NCBI GenBank assembly: GCA_000002445.1
Contig: CH464491.1
Location: 2,880,001-2,944,000 of the forward strand
Origin: Trypanosoma brucei
Taxonomy: Eukaryota
DNA length: 64,000 nucleotides
Direction: 5' to 3'
Below the pieces are notes generated by a model, which did no database searches, was not told the DNA's origin, and saw nothing but the letters and a program-made list of their open reading frames with translations. Position numbers and translations under genes: made by a program. Positions 40,653 through 51,979 of the stretch are shown piece by piece (position 1 is the first letter of the stretch; each line of letters opens with the position of its first letter).

Positions 40653-41249
40653 ATGCGTTGTGTGAGACGATCTGTTTTGGGCTCACGCGGCTTGAAGCGG
40701 CCCATGTTTAATTACACCCGTATTTTTAGCATGGGGATCACACAGCACACATTTACTGGTGCTCTGCTGGAGGACTTAAGGGCCGGGGGGTGCTGCGGGG
40801 ATCAAACAGAAGACAACCCTGGGAGCTCCCTTCGACATGGGGAGCTCGACCACTTTGAAAGTCCGGAAGCCGAGGCTGCGCACGTTGAGAAGGTGAATAC
40901 CGTAGTTGATGATTTATTTTCCCGGATGCCCTTGCCCGAAGATCCAATGGGGGCTGCGTTGGCCCCAACCAAAGAAGAAATGGAGGAAAAGGCCGAATGG
41001 GATGTGTTAAAGGAGGTTGTGCGTGAGCGATACCAACGCAAGATTGCACTCAAAGAGGCTGAGAGAGTCAGGATTGATAAGGCGATGCAGCATTACCGAG
41101 TGGATAAGGATATTGAGGGGGGAGTCTCAGGTGTAACTGGTGCCACCGGCGATTCTGAAAAAATTCGAAAGAAAATTGAGCGGATGAAACAGGAAATCGT
41201 TGAACTTGAGCGGCGCCTTGAAGCAGCGAACCACGATGATAATTTGTAG
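40653..41249 (+). CDS. hypothetical protein with a C-terminal coiled-coil
   Basis: The track ORF starts at TTG 40647; the first ATG is at 40653, immediately after a polypyrimidine tract and AG at 40618-40638. It has an acidic middle, and KIRKKIERMKQEIVELERRLE at the C-terminus. Confidence 0.4.
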   Translation: MRCVRRSVLGSRGLKRPMFNYTRIFSMGITQHTFTGALLEDLRAGGCCGDQTEDNPGSSLRHGELDHFESPEAEAAHVEKVNTVVDDLFSRMPLPEDPMGAALAPTKEEMEEKAEWDVLKEVVRERYQRKIALKEAERVRIDKAMQHYRVDKDIEGGVSGVTGATGDSEKIRKKIERMKQEIVELERRLEAANHDDNL

Positions 41250-41845
41250 TGTCTGCGGAGGTGTGAGGCTTCTTTTTTTTTTTTTTTTGCCAGATAGTTG
41301 TTCTTTGCCTGTATTCACTGGTGCGTACCCTCATTTCTTATAGTGACCCCCCTGTGGTATGGCCGTTGTGCTGACGGTACCGCAAAACGAATTTGAAACG
41401 GCGTCACATAAAAGATACCGGGGACTGGGGTGTTGTTGAGGTCCGGTGTTGGCTTAAGAGGGATCCGACCAATGGCGTCCTCTTTTTTTTTTTTCTTTAT
41501 TCATGGAGGAGATTACGTTCTGGTGTGCCGGTTGACGGTGTTTTGATGTGGTGCTGTAGGTGGCGCACAGCGCTGCGTAGTTAGCGTTCGGTGGGTTGTA
41601 AGTAGTCCATGGATAAACTGTTGCGGTGTAGCATTGGGAAATGGAGGGCCTAAGCAGATGGCACCCTCTAGGACTCATTAGTCCGTGGCCTTAACCGCTC
41701 TTCTTGCTCTCGTAAACTCTTTGGCTGTTTTTCTTTCTGCATGTTTACCCCGGATAATCTCAACGGGGAAATCAGTGCCTGGCGTACCGTCCCTTTACCG
41801 TATTTGTTTGTAGGTATTTAACCTTGTGGTTGTTTCTGTAGGACG

Positions 41846-42355
41846 ATGTTCCACAGGGCATTCGTCAGTTCAAGTGATTTAACGGGCTGTACGATAGCGC
41901 TTTCAAGCGTTTGCACGCAGAAGAGGTACTGGGCTAAGCCCAAAAAAAGACCGAAAGTCGGTCAAGGTTTTCACGAGAAGGCTCAGAAGTGGCGCGAAGA
42001 ATATCTTCTTGATAGGCATCGTGCCCTTGCCGACAGTCTTCGCGCTTATGTAGAGTTTAGTACCTCTAAGCGCGTGGAACCTTGGGATGCGCGCTTTAAA
42101 CCATTTGACCGTATCGAGAAGGATGGTGTTTATGTGCTTATGCGTTACATGATGGAGGAGAAACTGCAGCTGTGCAACTACCATCATCGCCCCGTCAAGC
42201 GTTTGTTTTGTAACATTGGACTCATGGGACCCCAGATAACGACGAAGGCCCGCTGGAAACCGTATCGCTTTGCAACTAACCCTGCCGGCACCTCGAAGGC
42301 CGAGCGAATGTATCAGAGAGACAAGACTGTGTACACACATGGGCACAACGATTAA
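41846..42355 (+). CDS. hypothetical basic protein (169 aa)
   Basis: ORF with an ATG start and a position consistent with the gene array. It is rich in K/R/W/Y with no domain recognised by eye. Confidence 0.4.
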   Translation: MFHRAFVSSSDLTGCTIALSSVCTQKRYWAKPKKRPKVGQGFHEKAQKWREEYLLDRHRALADSLRAYVEFSTSKRVEPWDARFKPFDRIEKDGVYVLMRYMMEEKLQLCNYHHRPVKRLFCNIGLMGPQITTKARWKPYRFATNPAGTSKAERMYQRDKTVYTHGHND

Positions 42356-42527
42356 GAAAGAAAGGGTGTCGCTGACGCAACCTTCAGTTGCGTGGTACTG
42401 ATGATGGTTTAATGCTGTTGAACTAATTTATCACCTTAGTGACTCATGTTTGGTTGCTGTAAACTAATAAGTGAGTTTGTGTTGCATATGCCCCACCCTC
42501 CCCTATAGCTTTTATCTCGCTCGTTAG

Positions 42528-42869
42528 ATGGGTGGGCCACCAAGGAAGAGAGAGCGTGAAGGGGAAGCTCTTAAGCCAAAGTCTAAAGAGGAACAATTGC
42601 CTATAAAAAACGAATGCACCTTGGACAGGCGCGAGGGAAAGCAAATTGTCGCTGAGAAATGGAGTGAGGTGGTTGTTGACGACAATGAAAGTCAGGAACG
42701 CTCAAACGAAAGTGTATCCGAATCTCAGGTGTATGACACTGAGGAGGAGCTACTGGCGGCAGGTGAGGACCTGAGCGGCGATGCTCTAAAAGATTTCCTG
42801 CGTAAGAACTTCGTCGACTTCATCGATGAGAAGGTGGCCCGTGTCGGTGATCTGGATCTAATGAATTGA
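42528..42869 (+). CDS. hypothetical small acidic protein (113 aa)
   Basis: ORF with an ATG start that fills the ~950-bp space between flanking genes. It is strongly acidic at the C-terminus (..DTEEELLAAGEDLSGDALKDFLRKNFVDFIDEK..). It is uncertain whether it is expressed. Confidence 0.3.
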   Translation: MGGPPRKREREGEALKPKSKEEQLPIKNECTLDRREGKQIVAEKWSEVVVDDNESQERSNESVSESQVYDTEEELLAAGEDLSGDALKDFLRKNFVDFIDEKVARVGDLDLMN

Positions 42870-43306
42870 TGAAAGACCTTTTCCTCCTTTCTCCACTCGT
42901 CTTTACTCCTCCCTGACGAGGGCGAGAATGCCACGCAGCTGTGGATGTTAGCAAGATGCAACGCTTGGGGTCGGGAAGAGGTGCCAGCTCTCGGAGTCTC
43001 TTCCGTGTGTTTTGTCTTTACCTCACAATACGGATGAAAAGTGGTTGCAGTGGCTGCTTCGATATGTTTCTTGCCCTGTCTTTTTTCTTTGTGCTACTAT
43101 TCCCATCTATTTCCTTTTTCATACACTATTTGTGGCGATTTGAAACCCCAGCTGGTGAGCCCGCTTCTTGGTAGACGAAACCCTGATCACGTGTTTGTGT
43201 TTGTGTGTGTGTGTTTGAGACTTCCCCGCGCTCCCTTGGGATCATCCACCTTTACAGAGACATACTTTTTACTTTCGCGTTTCCTTATGCAAGTAGTTAT
43301 TGGAGC

Positions 43307-46285
43307 ATGTCAGCTACGAGTTTTCATTTCGCAGCGTCAGGGAAAAGCATTCATCATCTGGATGCCGTTGGTGACGTTAGATACTGCAGTGAGCAAGGGA
43401 TCGTGTCCGATATCCTGAATAATATCGGGAGCGGCACTCTGGTCTTTGCTATAGTAGATAATCGCGGGGATGGAGAGGAGCTACTGAGGATGCTGTTTAC
43501 GAGTTTTGCGGATACGTGGGGGAGTCCGCTTGGCGCCTGGACGCAGTTTGGTGTATCATTTATTGATGAAGCTTCGTGCGAGTTGCTTCAGTACCAGTGT
43601 GATCGCCATTCCGATATTGTAAGTATCATTGAAGATGAAGGCGCTCAGTACCGATGTTGTTCAGTAACCGCCTCCGTGGTAGAACCCACGAGTGATTCCT
43701 TCGATTTTTTGAGAGTCACTCTGACCCTGGTGATTTGGAGTGAGAGAAGTGGTGACAAAGATTTTCTCCGAACAGCAGAAATGGTGACAACAGCGCAAGG
43801 GATAAAGCTGGGGTCTATCTTCTTTTACTTTGCTTCTGAAGATATTTCGTTTGTGGACCGATGTTTGTCCATGGCCAACAAACTTCGGGATGTTTGTCTC
43901 ACTCGCACCCTTGGGTCTAACAAAAAAAGAGACTTTGATACACTTTTGAAACAGGTGAGGGGATGGTCACTCTTCACAAACGAGTTCTATCGTATGGGTC
44001 CGCAGTTGGAGGGTCCGTATTTAATCAATCTCAATCCCCGTTTGGTTGTCGGAGAGAAGCTTGCCCACCTTGTGTCGCGTGGTGTTAGTTGGATTGTGGC
44101 GGATGGGTCTAGTGCGAGTTACAGCGATATTGTTGTACTTCCATTGGGTTGTGGTAGCGATGGGAAAAATCCTGGAAATGTGTTCTCACCTCACTGCAGT
44201 CTTAGTTACGAAGGGGAAACTGTGTTTATCCGCCCAGAGTGCGGTATGACGTACGTTAACGGAAAATTTTTATCATGCGAGACAGAGTTACAGCATGACG
44301 ATCGTATTTTGCTGGGGAGTGGAATGGCCTTTCGCTTCGTCTTGGTAACTGCAAAGGAGCAGCAAGAACAATCGCCAAGAGTCGTTGATTGGGAATCTAC
44401 TTTCAAAGAGTTCGAGATGGCGGCAGTGAACGTTACCAAGGAGGCCGAGCTACGCCAGCTCAATGATGAGGTTGCAGACTTACGCGAGGAGTGCGACCAA
44501 CTTCGGCTTCAGCTCCAACAGGGAAGCCAAAGGAGTAACAAGGCGTGGTTGGTTCTCAGTAATCCTTCGGACACCCACGCAGGGCCTTGTGTTTGGGACT
44601 TGTGTTGGATGGTTGACGGTGATTCTGTAACCCTTGGGCCAGGGGGTGACATCTCTCCCCATTTAACCGAATCTGCTGCAATTTTACGAACGGCGGAGGG
44701 CTTCGTATGCCGTTCGGACTCTGGGGACACGGAGCTGGCTCATCTACAGCCATTTACTATAGGAGGAGGCGTATTTTCATTATGCCTACAGAGTGCTCTG
44801 GTGAACGCGAAGAGCAGCGCGGCACAGAGCGGCTCGAGTTCCGAGCTGGCTAGGTTGGAGCGCGAGCGAGGGGATGATGTAAACGAAGTTAAGAGAACTC
44901 TTTATACGCTGCAGTGGACAATCGCTCATTTGTTGGACTTCGCTTTTCCAAAAGGAAAGGGGGCTGCCGACGACTTGAATGATGTTGCAGATCCGCCAAT
45001 CAGGGCGCTGGTAACAGACTACAGCATATACACAGATGGCGAGTTTACGCTGCAGGGGCTGGCAGCGCAGGCAAGGACCATGATTGAAGCGATACAAATG
45101 TCTATGTCCAGAATGGCAGGGGAAATCAGTGGCGTCCTTACGCCGGTGAAACGTGCTGGTGGTGACGTTCGACTCCCCGAGACTCTGAGAGAAGGAACCC
45201 TTGGACGAGTTAAGAGGGAAAAATATCTTTCGTGTGAGACAAACGAAAAAGTGGCAAATTCAGCACGGAGAGCACTAACCGATCTTAATTCGAGGTCAAA
45301 GAGACCCCACAAGTCTACCATTTCTCAACTAAGTGAAGAGGAGTTACATGCACGTACGCTTGACCACCTTAGCGCCCAGGTGATGATTTTAAAAGCCAAG
45401 TGTTTCGTTGCTGCTCCCTTAGTTGTGAGGCAGATGAGCGTAGCCCTGCAAGTTCTTTCCTATGCCTGTGATTCTAAAATACAATTGAAACGGTACATCA
45501 GGGAGCTGGACTTGATATTGGAGAAGGACCCAAACGTGGTGGAGCTCAATGAGTGCAAGAAGCGGAACATCGCACTCGCTCTCGTTGACGTGCTTGTCTC
45601 TTTGAATTATGTAATGAGAAACTGTCACTTTACTCTTGCTGATAGGGAAACCGTGGATAGCCGACTGAAGCAATGGACATCCATTGCCGACATTTGTATT
45701 CCCGTTATCAGCAATGCCGAATCGTGGAGGCACAAGCCAAACATGGATCCAAGTCTCATGGCTCGGCAACGGCGTGCGCCTGCTGCTGTACACAATACTG
45801 CCCTTGCAAGTGCTGCCACTGTAAACGCTACTACCACCATTTTGAACACGCGGAGGACGCGTTTGCAGCCGACCACACCGCGTGAGGTGGGGCAGACGCT
45901 GCGCAGTGCGCCGCCGGGTGGACAGGAGCATGTTGCGGCTTCGTACACAGTGCATCAAAGACGGCAGATGCTGAGCGGCACACCGGCTTCAACGTTAAGA
46001 AAGGCCCCAGCCGCCGACTCAGTTAATCGGGGAGTGAGCAAGTCATCGTTTCCCAAGCACATTCCTGTTTCCCCCCGGTTGGGCGCGCACGCTAAGGCAT
46101 CTGGAAAGGTGACACCATTGCGACTCAACCTTGCCACGCCATACCAATGCGCAGTAAGCAGCCCAAGGATCAACTCGGCCGCAAGGTCCGTGCCGCCTGA
46201 TGTATCTAATTTTAATTCCTCAAGAACAGCGACGATGGGACGGTCTGCGACCACTGGGACACCTCTCAAAGCAAGAAAGGCGTGA
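43307..46285 (+). CDS. FHA-domain protein with coiled-coil and a Ser/Thr/Ala-rich basic C-terminal tail
   Basis: The track ORF starts at GTG 43205; the first ATG is at 43307, giving about 992 aa. FHA-like core GETVFIRPECGMTYVNGKFLSCETELQHDDRILLGSGMAFRFVLV is followed by coiled-coil EAELRQLNDEVADLREECDQLRLQLQQ. The tail is low-complexity. Confidence 0.5.
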   Translation: MSATSFHFAASGKSIHHLDAVGDVRYCSEQGIVSDILNNIGSGTLVFAIVDNRGDGEELLRMLFTSFADTWGSPLGAWTQFGVSFIDEASCELLQYQCDRHSDIVSIIEDEGAQYRCCSVTASVVEPTSDSFDFLRVTLTLVIWSERSGDKDFLRTAEMVTTAQGIKLGSIFFYFASEDISFVDRCLSMANKLRDVCLTRTLGSNKKRDFDTLLKQVRGWSLFTNEFYRMGPQLEGPYLINLNPRLVVGEKLAHLVSRGVSWIVADGSSASYSDIVVLPLGCGSDGKNPGNVFSPHCSLSYEGETVFIRPECGMTYVNGKFLSCETELQHDDRILLGSGMAFRFVLVTAKEQQEQSPRVVDWESTFKEFEMAAVNVTKEAELRQLNDEVADLREECDQLRLQLQQGSQRSNKAWLVLSNPSDTHAGPCVWDLCWMVDGDSVTLGPGGDISPHLTESAAILRTAEGFVCRSDSGDTELAHLQPFTIGGGVFSLCLQSALVNAKSSAAQSGSSSELARLERERGDDVNEVKRTLYTLQWTIAHLLDFAFPKGKGAADDLNDVADPPIRALVTDYSIYTDGEFTLQGLAAQARTMIEAIQMSMSRMAGEISGVLTPVKRAGGDVRLPETLREGTLGRVKREKYLSCETNEKVANSARRALTDLNSRSKRPHKSTISQLSEEELHARTLDHLSAQVMILKAKCFVAAPLVVRQMSVALQVLSYACDSKIQLKRYIRELDLILEKDPNVVELNECKKRNIALALVDVLVSLNYVMRNCHFTLADRETVDSRLKQWTSIADICIPVISNAESWRHKPNMDPSLMARQRRAPAAVHNTALASAATVNATTTILNTRRTRLQPTTPREVGQTLRSAPPGGQEHVAASYTVHQRRQMLSGTPASTLRKAPAADSVNRGVSKSSFPKHIPVSPRLGAHAKASGKVTPLRLNLATPYQCAVSSPRINSAARSVPPDVSNFNSSRTATMGRSATTGTPLKARKA

Positions 46286-47504
46286 GGTGGCAATGTGATT
46301 TGTTTCGTTTTCTCTCACTGTCCCCCCTTTTCCCTAACCCCTTTTATCTATTTTTTTTTTGCCTGTGTGGGGATAACGAAGAAAACGACAGCAATAAAAT
46401 CGCTTTGCTCCCTGCTTAGGTGTGTTCATGCTTTGTCGGTACGTTTTGTGGAAGAACTGAATGCAGAACTCCTCTCTTTTTTTTAAAACACTTTCATTAT
46501 TCGCGCTGAAACCTGGTTGGCCACCTATGTTCCCAATCGTGCGCCGCAGTTGTGAGCAAGGTGCTCGCACACATCTTTCCTTGTTCATTTCCCCTCGTTG
46601 TAATCGATCTTTTTGGCATTCAATGTTACTTTTCTCGACACTTCAACGTTTGAGTACCACTCACGCTGCGTGACCAGACCCTCAGAGTGACGCGTTTGTG
46701 TTTCGCAACAGTCAGTTGACTGTGTGCGCGTATGCATTTGTATGTCCTTGGCAGCAGGGGCTCCACATAATTTAAGTCTTTGCCTTCGCAAGGCGTACCT
46801 TTTCTTTCCCTTTCGCCAAACACCTGTCAGGATGGAGTGATCTACAACGATTAGATACCCCAGGTTCCCGGATCGTTTCCGTACTGCTCTGTGTTTCAAA
46901 ACTTGTCTTAGGAGGCGGAAGACCTATATGTTGCGGTGGAGTTTACTACGAAGAGATCAAGTAGTCACGCATTTATTTATAAAAATGCTATACATATATG
47001 CCTATATGTATGTATATCGGGATGGAAGGCAGGGTTAGCGACTTCTTGATGTAGGGGGTTTGGACCTTAGTGGAACTCGGTTTAACTTCCCGTGTTTGCT
47101 AATGGAAAACCCACCTGAAGGAAACGCTAAGATACTTATTGCCTTTTCATGTTTATGCGGACGCAGGGGGGTGGATTGAACGTTCAGTTTTCTGAAGTTG
47201 ACGATCCAACTAGAGGGGATGGGGTGGGAATCTGCTTGTGGTTTGAACCTAGGTGTAAAATGTAGTGGCAGCCAACAACTTTCTCTTTGCTACCCTGGAT
47301 AACAACGTTGAACATGTTCCGTTAATTACGTTTTTAGGTACTGTACAGTTTCGCCTTTCACGTGCAACCAGCTTTCCAGATGCAACTAAAATGTGGGGAC
47401 GCTTGCATTAGATTCTGTTATTTTTTCTATTTTCCTATTTAAATTTCTTTCCTGGAATGCGCACCGAACCGCCCGCAATTCCGAACGTACACCACGTAGG
47501 ATAG

Positions 47505-48485
47505 ATGGAAAGGATGTCTCTCGCGGTGGTGAGACAGCTTGACGCTGACCACGAAAGGGGGGGAATCTGGTATCTTTCCGGACACCGGGACCATGTGCTT
47601 TCGATTGCTGCTAGCAGTCATGGTGTGTTCGCGACGTGCGACGCAAAAGGATTGGGTCTGTTATGGAAACACGATACTTCCCATTCTAACAGTGATCCCT
47701 CTCATGTCAGCAGGATATCTAGTGAGGGACCGGCTATCGTTGCGGCCTGTTTCCCTTCCAGCACGCGACTTTGTACGGCTCAAGGTAATGGACGGGTTGG
47801 CGTATGGGATATCGAAGCCTCCACGGAAGTGCAGTCACTTTCGCGTCTCCCCAGTCGTGGCAAGTCGGTAAATTGGCCGGTTATTAACGCACTTTCGGCG
47901 TGGGAGAGCGATCTTGTTGCCTACGGTGGCGATGATGGCTATTTGGTTCTTAGCAGTCTTGCGGTAAGGAATCCTGTTGTGTCAGTGAACCTGCGGGTTC
48001 CCATTACATCTGTTGCCGCAGCGGCCACTTCATTGCTTGTTGGTGATGTTCTTGGGAACATTCGTTGCTTTGATACGCGGACATTTAAAAGCCTCTATTG
48101 TTTTCAGGGACACCGTGGTGTCGTGACCTCTGTATCGGTGAAGGAAGATGCTTCCTTGGCGGTGTCGTACGGCATGGATGACTCCCTTGCTTTGTGGAAT
48201 GCGCTGCCCTTTTCACTCACCACAGAGGACCGTTTGATTCACAGGGGAGAATTCCACCAAGGCGACACAAAGACTCTTTTACGCTGTGATTGGGCAACTA
48301 GCGGTGCAGCTCTAGTTCCCGTGAGCGATGGTCGTGTTGTGTATCTTAGTGCCCCGACGCTTGATGGTATCAGAACAATACTCCCTGGGCGTCACCGACG
48401 GGAGCCGGCACAGTGTGCCGCATTCATTGGGGATGGCTATGCTGTAAGCTCGGCTGAGACCGAGGTAATATTACAGCGAATTTAA
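47505..48485 (+). CDS. WD40-repeat protein
   Basis: 326 aa with an ATG start. It shows repeated GH..xV..x(6)..D/WD-like units, for example GHRDHVLSIAAS..CDAKGLGLLWK and GHRGVVTSVSV..SYGMDDSLALWN. Confidence 0.6.
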   Translation: MERMSLAVVRQLDADHERGGIWYLSGHRDHVLSIAASSHGVFATCDAKGLGLLWKHDTSHSNSDPSHVSRISSEGPAIVAACFPSSTRLCTAQGNGRVGVWDIEASTEVQSLSRLPSRGKSVNWPVINALSAWESDLVAYGGDDGYLVLSSLAVRNPVVSVNLRVPITSVAAAATSLLVGDVLGNIRCFDTRTFKSLYCFQGHRGVVTSVSVKEDASLAVSYGMDDSLALWNALPFSLTTEDRLIHRGEFHQGDTKTLLRCDWATSGAALVPVSDGRVVYLSAPTLDGIRTILPGRHRREPAQCAAFIGDGYAVSSAETEVILQRI

Positions 48486-48625
48486 TAAAACCATTCTGTA
48501 CCGGCCCTTCGTTCACTGTGAACTATATTGCTGTGCATGCATATTGACTTTAGGTCCTCTTGGTACCTTTCCCTCTGCTCTTCCTGTTCCCTTCTTATTT
48601 TTAGTCCCGACAGTGCAGGCACGCC

Positions 48626-50812
48626 ATGAAGTTCGGAAAGCGGCTTATAGAGGAGGAGGTGGAGCAGTGGAAGGATTTCTATGTAAATTACAAACGGCTG
48701 AAAAAGTTCATACACAGTTCCCCGTTGACAGGAGTCGAGTTTAGCGAAGAACTGTTTCGAATTATAGGTGAGGAACTTGAACGCGCCGGGGGGCTGTTTA
48801 AAGAGCTTCTGGAAGAACTTCATCGGTGCCATGATGAGCTCCTTGAACAGGATCCTCAACTTCCCGCTGTGCCATCCAAGCTACCCTGGATGTTCAACAG
48901 GAAGCGTGTGCATCGTGAGAAACTAAACTCGCCAAGGGAGGGGCTCTCTATCGCCTTCGAGAGTTCAACTGAGAACTCAATGATGAATGAGATAGTGGTG
49001 GAACAGCGTGAGGGCTTTGTCTCCAAGTTTAAGAAATGTTTCTTGAAGCTCATTGGTGATTCGCAGAAGCAGGAAATTGAAGAGGATACACCAAGGGCTA
49101 GGTTTCTTGAGTGGCACTCGAGTGCGCACATGCTGCAACATTTTGCCGAGTTGAACCTGGAAGCAATACGTAAATCAGCGAAGAAGCTTCGAAAGTACCG
49201 TCGAAATGAGGGGGACTTCACCATCTCCATTGAAGCAGAGATTAGCCGTTCGCAGATTGGTAGATCACTTCCTCGCCTTCATGTTTTTATGACTGATGTT
49301 GATGCTGACTACGAGCGTAAGTTTGGAGAGGCTCTGGTCCAATTTAAAAACATTACCATAAACCAGACCTACCATGCGAAGTGGCGTTTTGTCTTTCTCT
49401 CGGCTGCTCTCTTCTGGATTCTGATGTTTTTCCCAATATTAGAGAGTCACCCGTCGGCACATAATTGTGTGGCACTGTTTGGTGTTATAATCTCGTTGTG
49501 GATAACGGAGGCTATTCCTTTCTTCTGCACTGCCATGCTCATTCCCATTATAGCCGTACCGCTTGGAATAATTACTGACCCGGCAACACATCGAGTCGCC
49601 AGCACAACTGTTGCATCCCGCATTATCCTTAGCAGAATGATGGATCACGTTCAGATACTTGTGCTTGGCGGTCTAACTATTGGAAAGGCACTGGGCCGCA
49701 CACACTTGGAGGTTTACGCCGCCGGCGCACTTTACCGTCTCACTGCTCACCGTCCTTCGATGTATTTGCTGGGTGTAATGCTGTGTAGCAGCGTCTTGTG
49801 TGCATTCGTATCTAATATCGCCGCTCCTCTTTTGGTTCTTGGTGTGATACGACCAACGCTGTGGGAATTTCCAGAAGATACGGAGGCCCCGCATGCCATC
49901 TTACTTGGTTTAGCTTTCGCCTGCGACATTGGTGGGATGCTGTCGCCCATAGCCTCGCCTCAAAATGCTGTAGCGCTGTCCGTGCTAAGTTTCCATGATG
50001 TGTCCTTTTTGTCGTGGGTCACCGTTGCGCTCCCTCTCGTGTTGGTTGGTGTGGTTGCATCGTGGGCTATCATTTTGCTCGTGTGGAAACCCTTCAAGAA
50101 CGTGTCGAGCATTCCTCTGCAAGTGGTTAACACAGAGGGGAACAAGGAAGTGAGACTTGCGGATCAAGTTGTTGTGGTAATGGTGTCACTCATTACTGTC
50201 GTACTGTGGGTGCTGCCGCCTAATTTGCTGTTTGGAGACACTGGTGTGGTTGCCTTAATACCCATCGTAGTTTTTTTTGGGATTGGTATATTGGCTAAGG
50301 AGGATTTTAACACACTCTCATGGCATCTCATGTTTCTGTTGGCTGGAGGAAACATGCTTGGCCTTTGCGCAAGGGATTCGAAGATGCTAGACATCATTGC
50401 CGACAGTTTGCACGACACGCTGGTATCACAGCCACCGTACACAACACTAGTGTCTCTGATTCTTGTGGTAGGGGTCGTGACGACATTCGTTTCTCATACC
50501 GTGGCAGCTATGATACTTCTCCCGATGATTCTTAAGATTGGCTTGGTGCTACCCAAGGAGGAGGGAGTTTTTGCGGTGTCTCCTTTCACCCTTGTGTTTC
50601 TTAGTGCACTCATGTGTTCTGGTGCCATGGCATTTCCCATCAGCTCCTTTCCCAATGTCAACTCGCTGCTTGCGGAGGACTCGCGCGGCCGCCCGTATCT
50701 CAAAGCGAAAGACTTCCTCTTCTGTGGAACCATCATTACATTCTTGCTGTTCATCTGTTTTGTCACATGGATGGTTCCATTTACATATGTTGTGTTTGAA
50801 GGCAAACCGTAG
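48626..50812 (+). CDS. SPX-domain Na+/phosphate transporter of the DASS/SLC13-like family (Pho91/Pho87-like vacuolar/acidocalcisome phosphate transporter)
   Basis: 728 aa with an ATG start. N-terminal SPX signature MKFGKRLIEEEVEQWKDFYVNYKRLKK, about 300 aa of cytosolic region, then 12 or more hydrophobic helices with the duplicated anion-permease architecture. Confidence 0.85.
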   Translation: MKFGKRLIEEEVEQWKDFYVNYKRLKKFIHSSPLTGVEFSEELFRIIGEELERAGGLFKELLEELHRCHDELLEQDPQLPAVPSKLPWMFNRKRVHREKLNSPREGLSIAFESSTENSMMNEIVVEQREGFVSKFKKCFLKLIGDSQKQEIEEDTPRARFLEWHSSAHMLQHFAELNLEAIRKSAKKLRKYRRNEGDFTISIEAEISRSQIGRSLPRLHVFMTDVDADYERKFGEALVQFKNITINQTYHAKWRFVFLSAALFWILMFFPILESHPSAHNCVALFGVIISLWITEAIPFFCTAMLIPIIAVPLGIITDPATHRVASTTVASRIILSRMMDHVQILVLGGLTIGKALGRTHLEVYAAGALYRLTAHRPSMYLLGVMLCSSVLCAFVSNIAAPLLVLGVIRPTLWEFPEDTEAPHAILLGLAFACDIGGMLSPIASPQNAVALSVLSFHDVSFLSWVTVALPLVLVGVVASWAIILLVWKPFKNVSSIPLQVVNTEGNKEVRLADQVVVVMVSLITVVLWVLPPNLLFGDTGVVALIPIVVFFGIGILAKEDFNTLSWHLMFLLAGGNMLGLCARDSKMLDIIADSLHDTLVSQPPYTTLVSLILVVGVVTTFVSHTVAAMILLPMILKIGLVLPKEEGVFAVSPFTLVFLSALMCSGAMAFPISSFPNVNSLLAEDSRGRPYLKAKDFLFCGTIITFLLFICFVTWMVPFTYVVFEGKP

Positions 50813-51979
50813 CTGTGGTCGTGGTGGTTTATTGGGGTATTGTTTGGTTGCCAGTTGTCTTGTTCCGTTCGCATCGACAGAAGGGTACAGGAGCTGGACT
50901 GCGGTTTCGTCGTGCTGTCATTATTGTTATTATCTCTACGTCCTCCGTGCTTTTTGTGCCGTTTTCGTTTTCGTTGCCTTTTTTTTTTACATATATCGAG
51001 AAACCTAATCTTTCAACTTCCCAGTTTTGGCAGAGGGATGTCTCCTTCCAGGTAGCGCCCAGTGCCGCAGTCAGGGGGGGGGGACGGGGAGAGAAGTCTG
51101 GTGGATATTGGTCATGGTATGCACAGGGAGGCAGGGCAAGAGGTCGAAACGTTAAATACCATATGAGCGCTTGTGCGTAGCGTGTGTGGGTTTAGGAAGG
51201 TATGTGATGGGAACAGGAAAATGAAACTGCGGGAAATCGGCAAGTATATGGCGGATGCCAACACTTTCCACTGGGGTGGACGATGTACATGCTCATGCTG
51301 ACGCAAGTTCATGGTTCTTACGTGTGCGTTTATGTTTTTCGTGGTGAATAAGAGGTTGTTTTCGCTTCGTTACAGAGCGGTAGAGAAAGGGAGTGGGGTT
51401 GGCGCAATGGTAGGGAGGGTGGGGGAGGAACGGTCACAGTGCAGTCCATGCCCTGAGCTTATTCGTATCGTGTTGCTAATCACTACCGCATTCCCCTTTT
51501 TGTGTACTTTGTCGCGCGGTTCAGGTATTATTTATTGGTAGGCACACTTGCTCCATTACGTTTTACCCTCGTTGGTTTTTGTTATTTCTCAACCACAAAG
51601 ATTTTGCGGTGCGGAGAGAAACCGAAAGCAAGTCTCGTATTGTCTCCACTTGTACCTTGTATACCTCCACCCTGTGGCATCATCCTCCGCTTTCTTTCCA
51701 CTTATTTTCCTGCTTTCGTACAAGGTTTTTGTTGCGCTTGCCCGTCCACCCACCTTTCCACCGTGTTCTTGCCTCAAGTGTTTTTTTTCTGGAATCATAA
51801 CGTTATTGTCGCTATCACGTGCTATTCGGCCGCTTTGATTCTTTCTACTGCGGCTCCCCTCTCGTTCCAGTGGTTTCACGTCTAGCAGACCCTTTCTAGG
51901 ATTCGGTGCTTTGAGTGTAGAAGGCCAACGTCGGGGGGCAAAAGGGCGGTGGGTTGTGTTGAGCGCTGCCACCGTCTAC

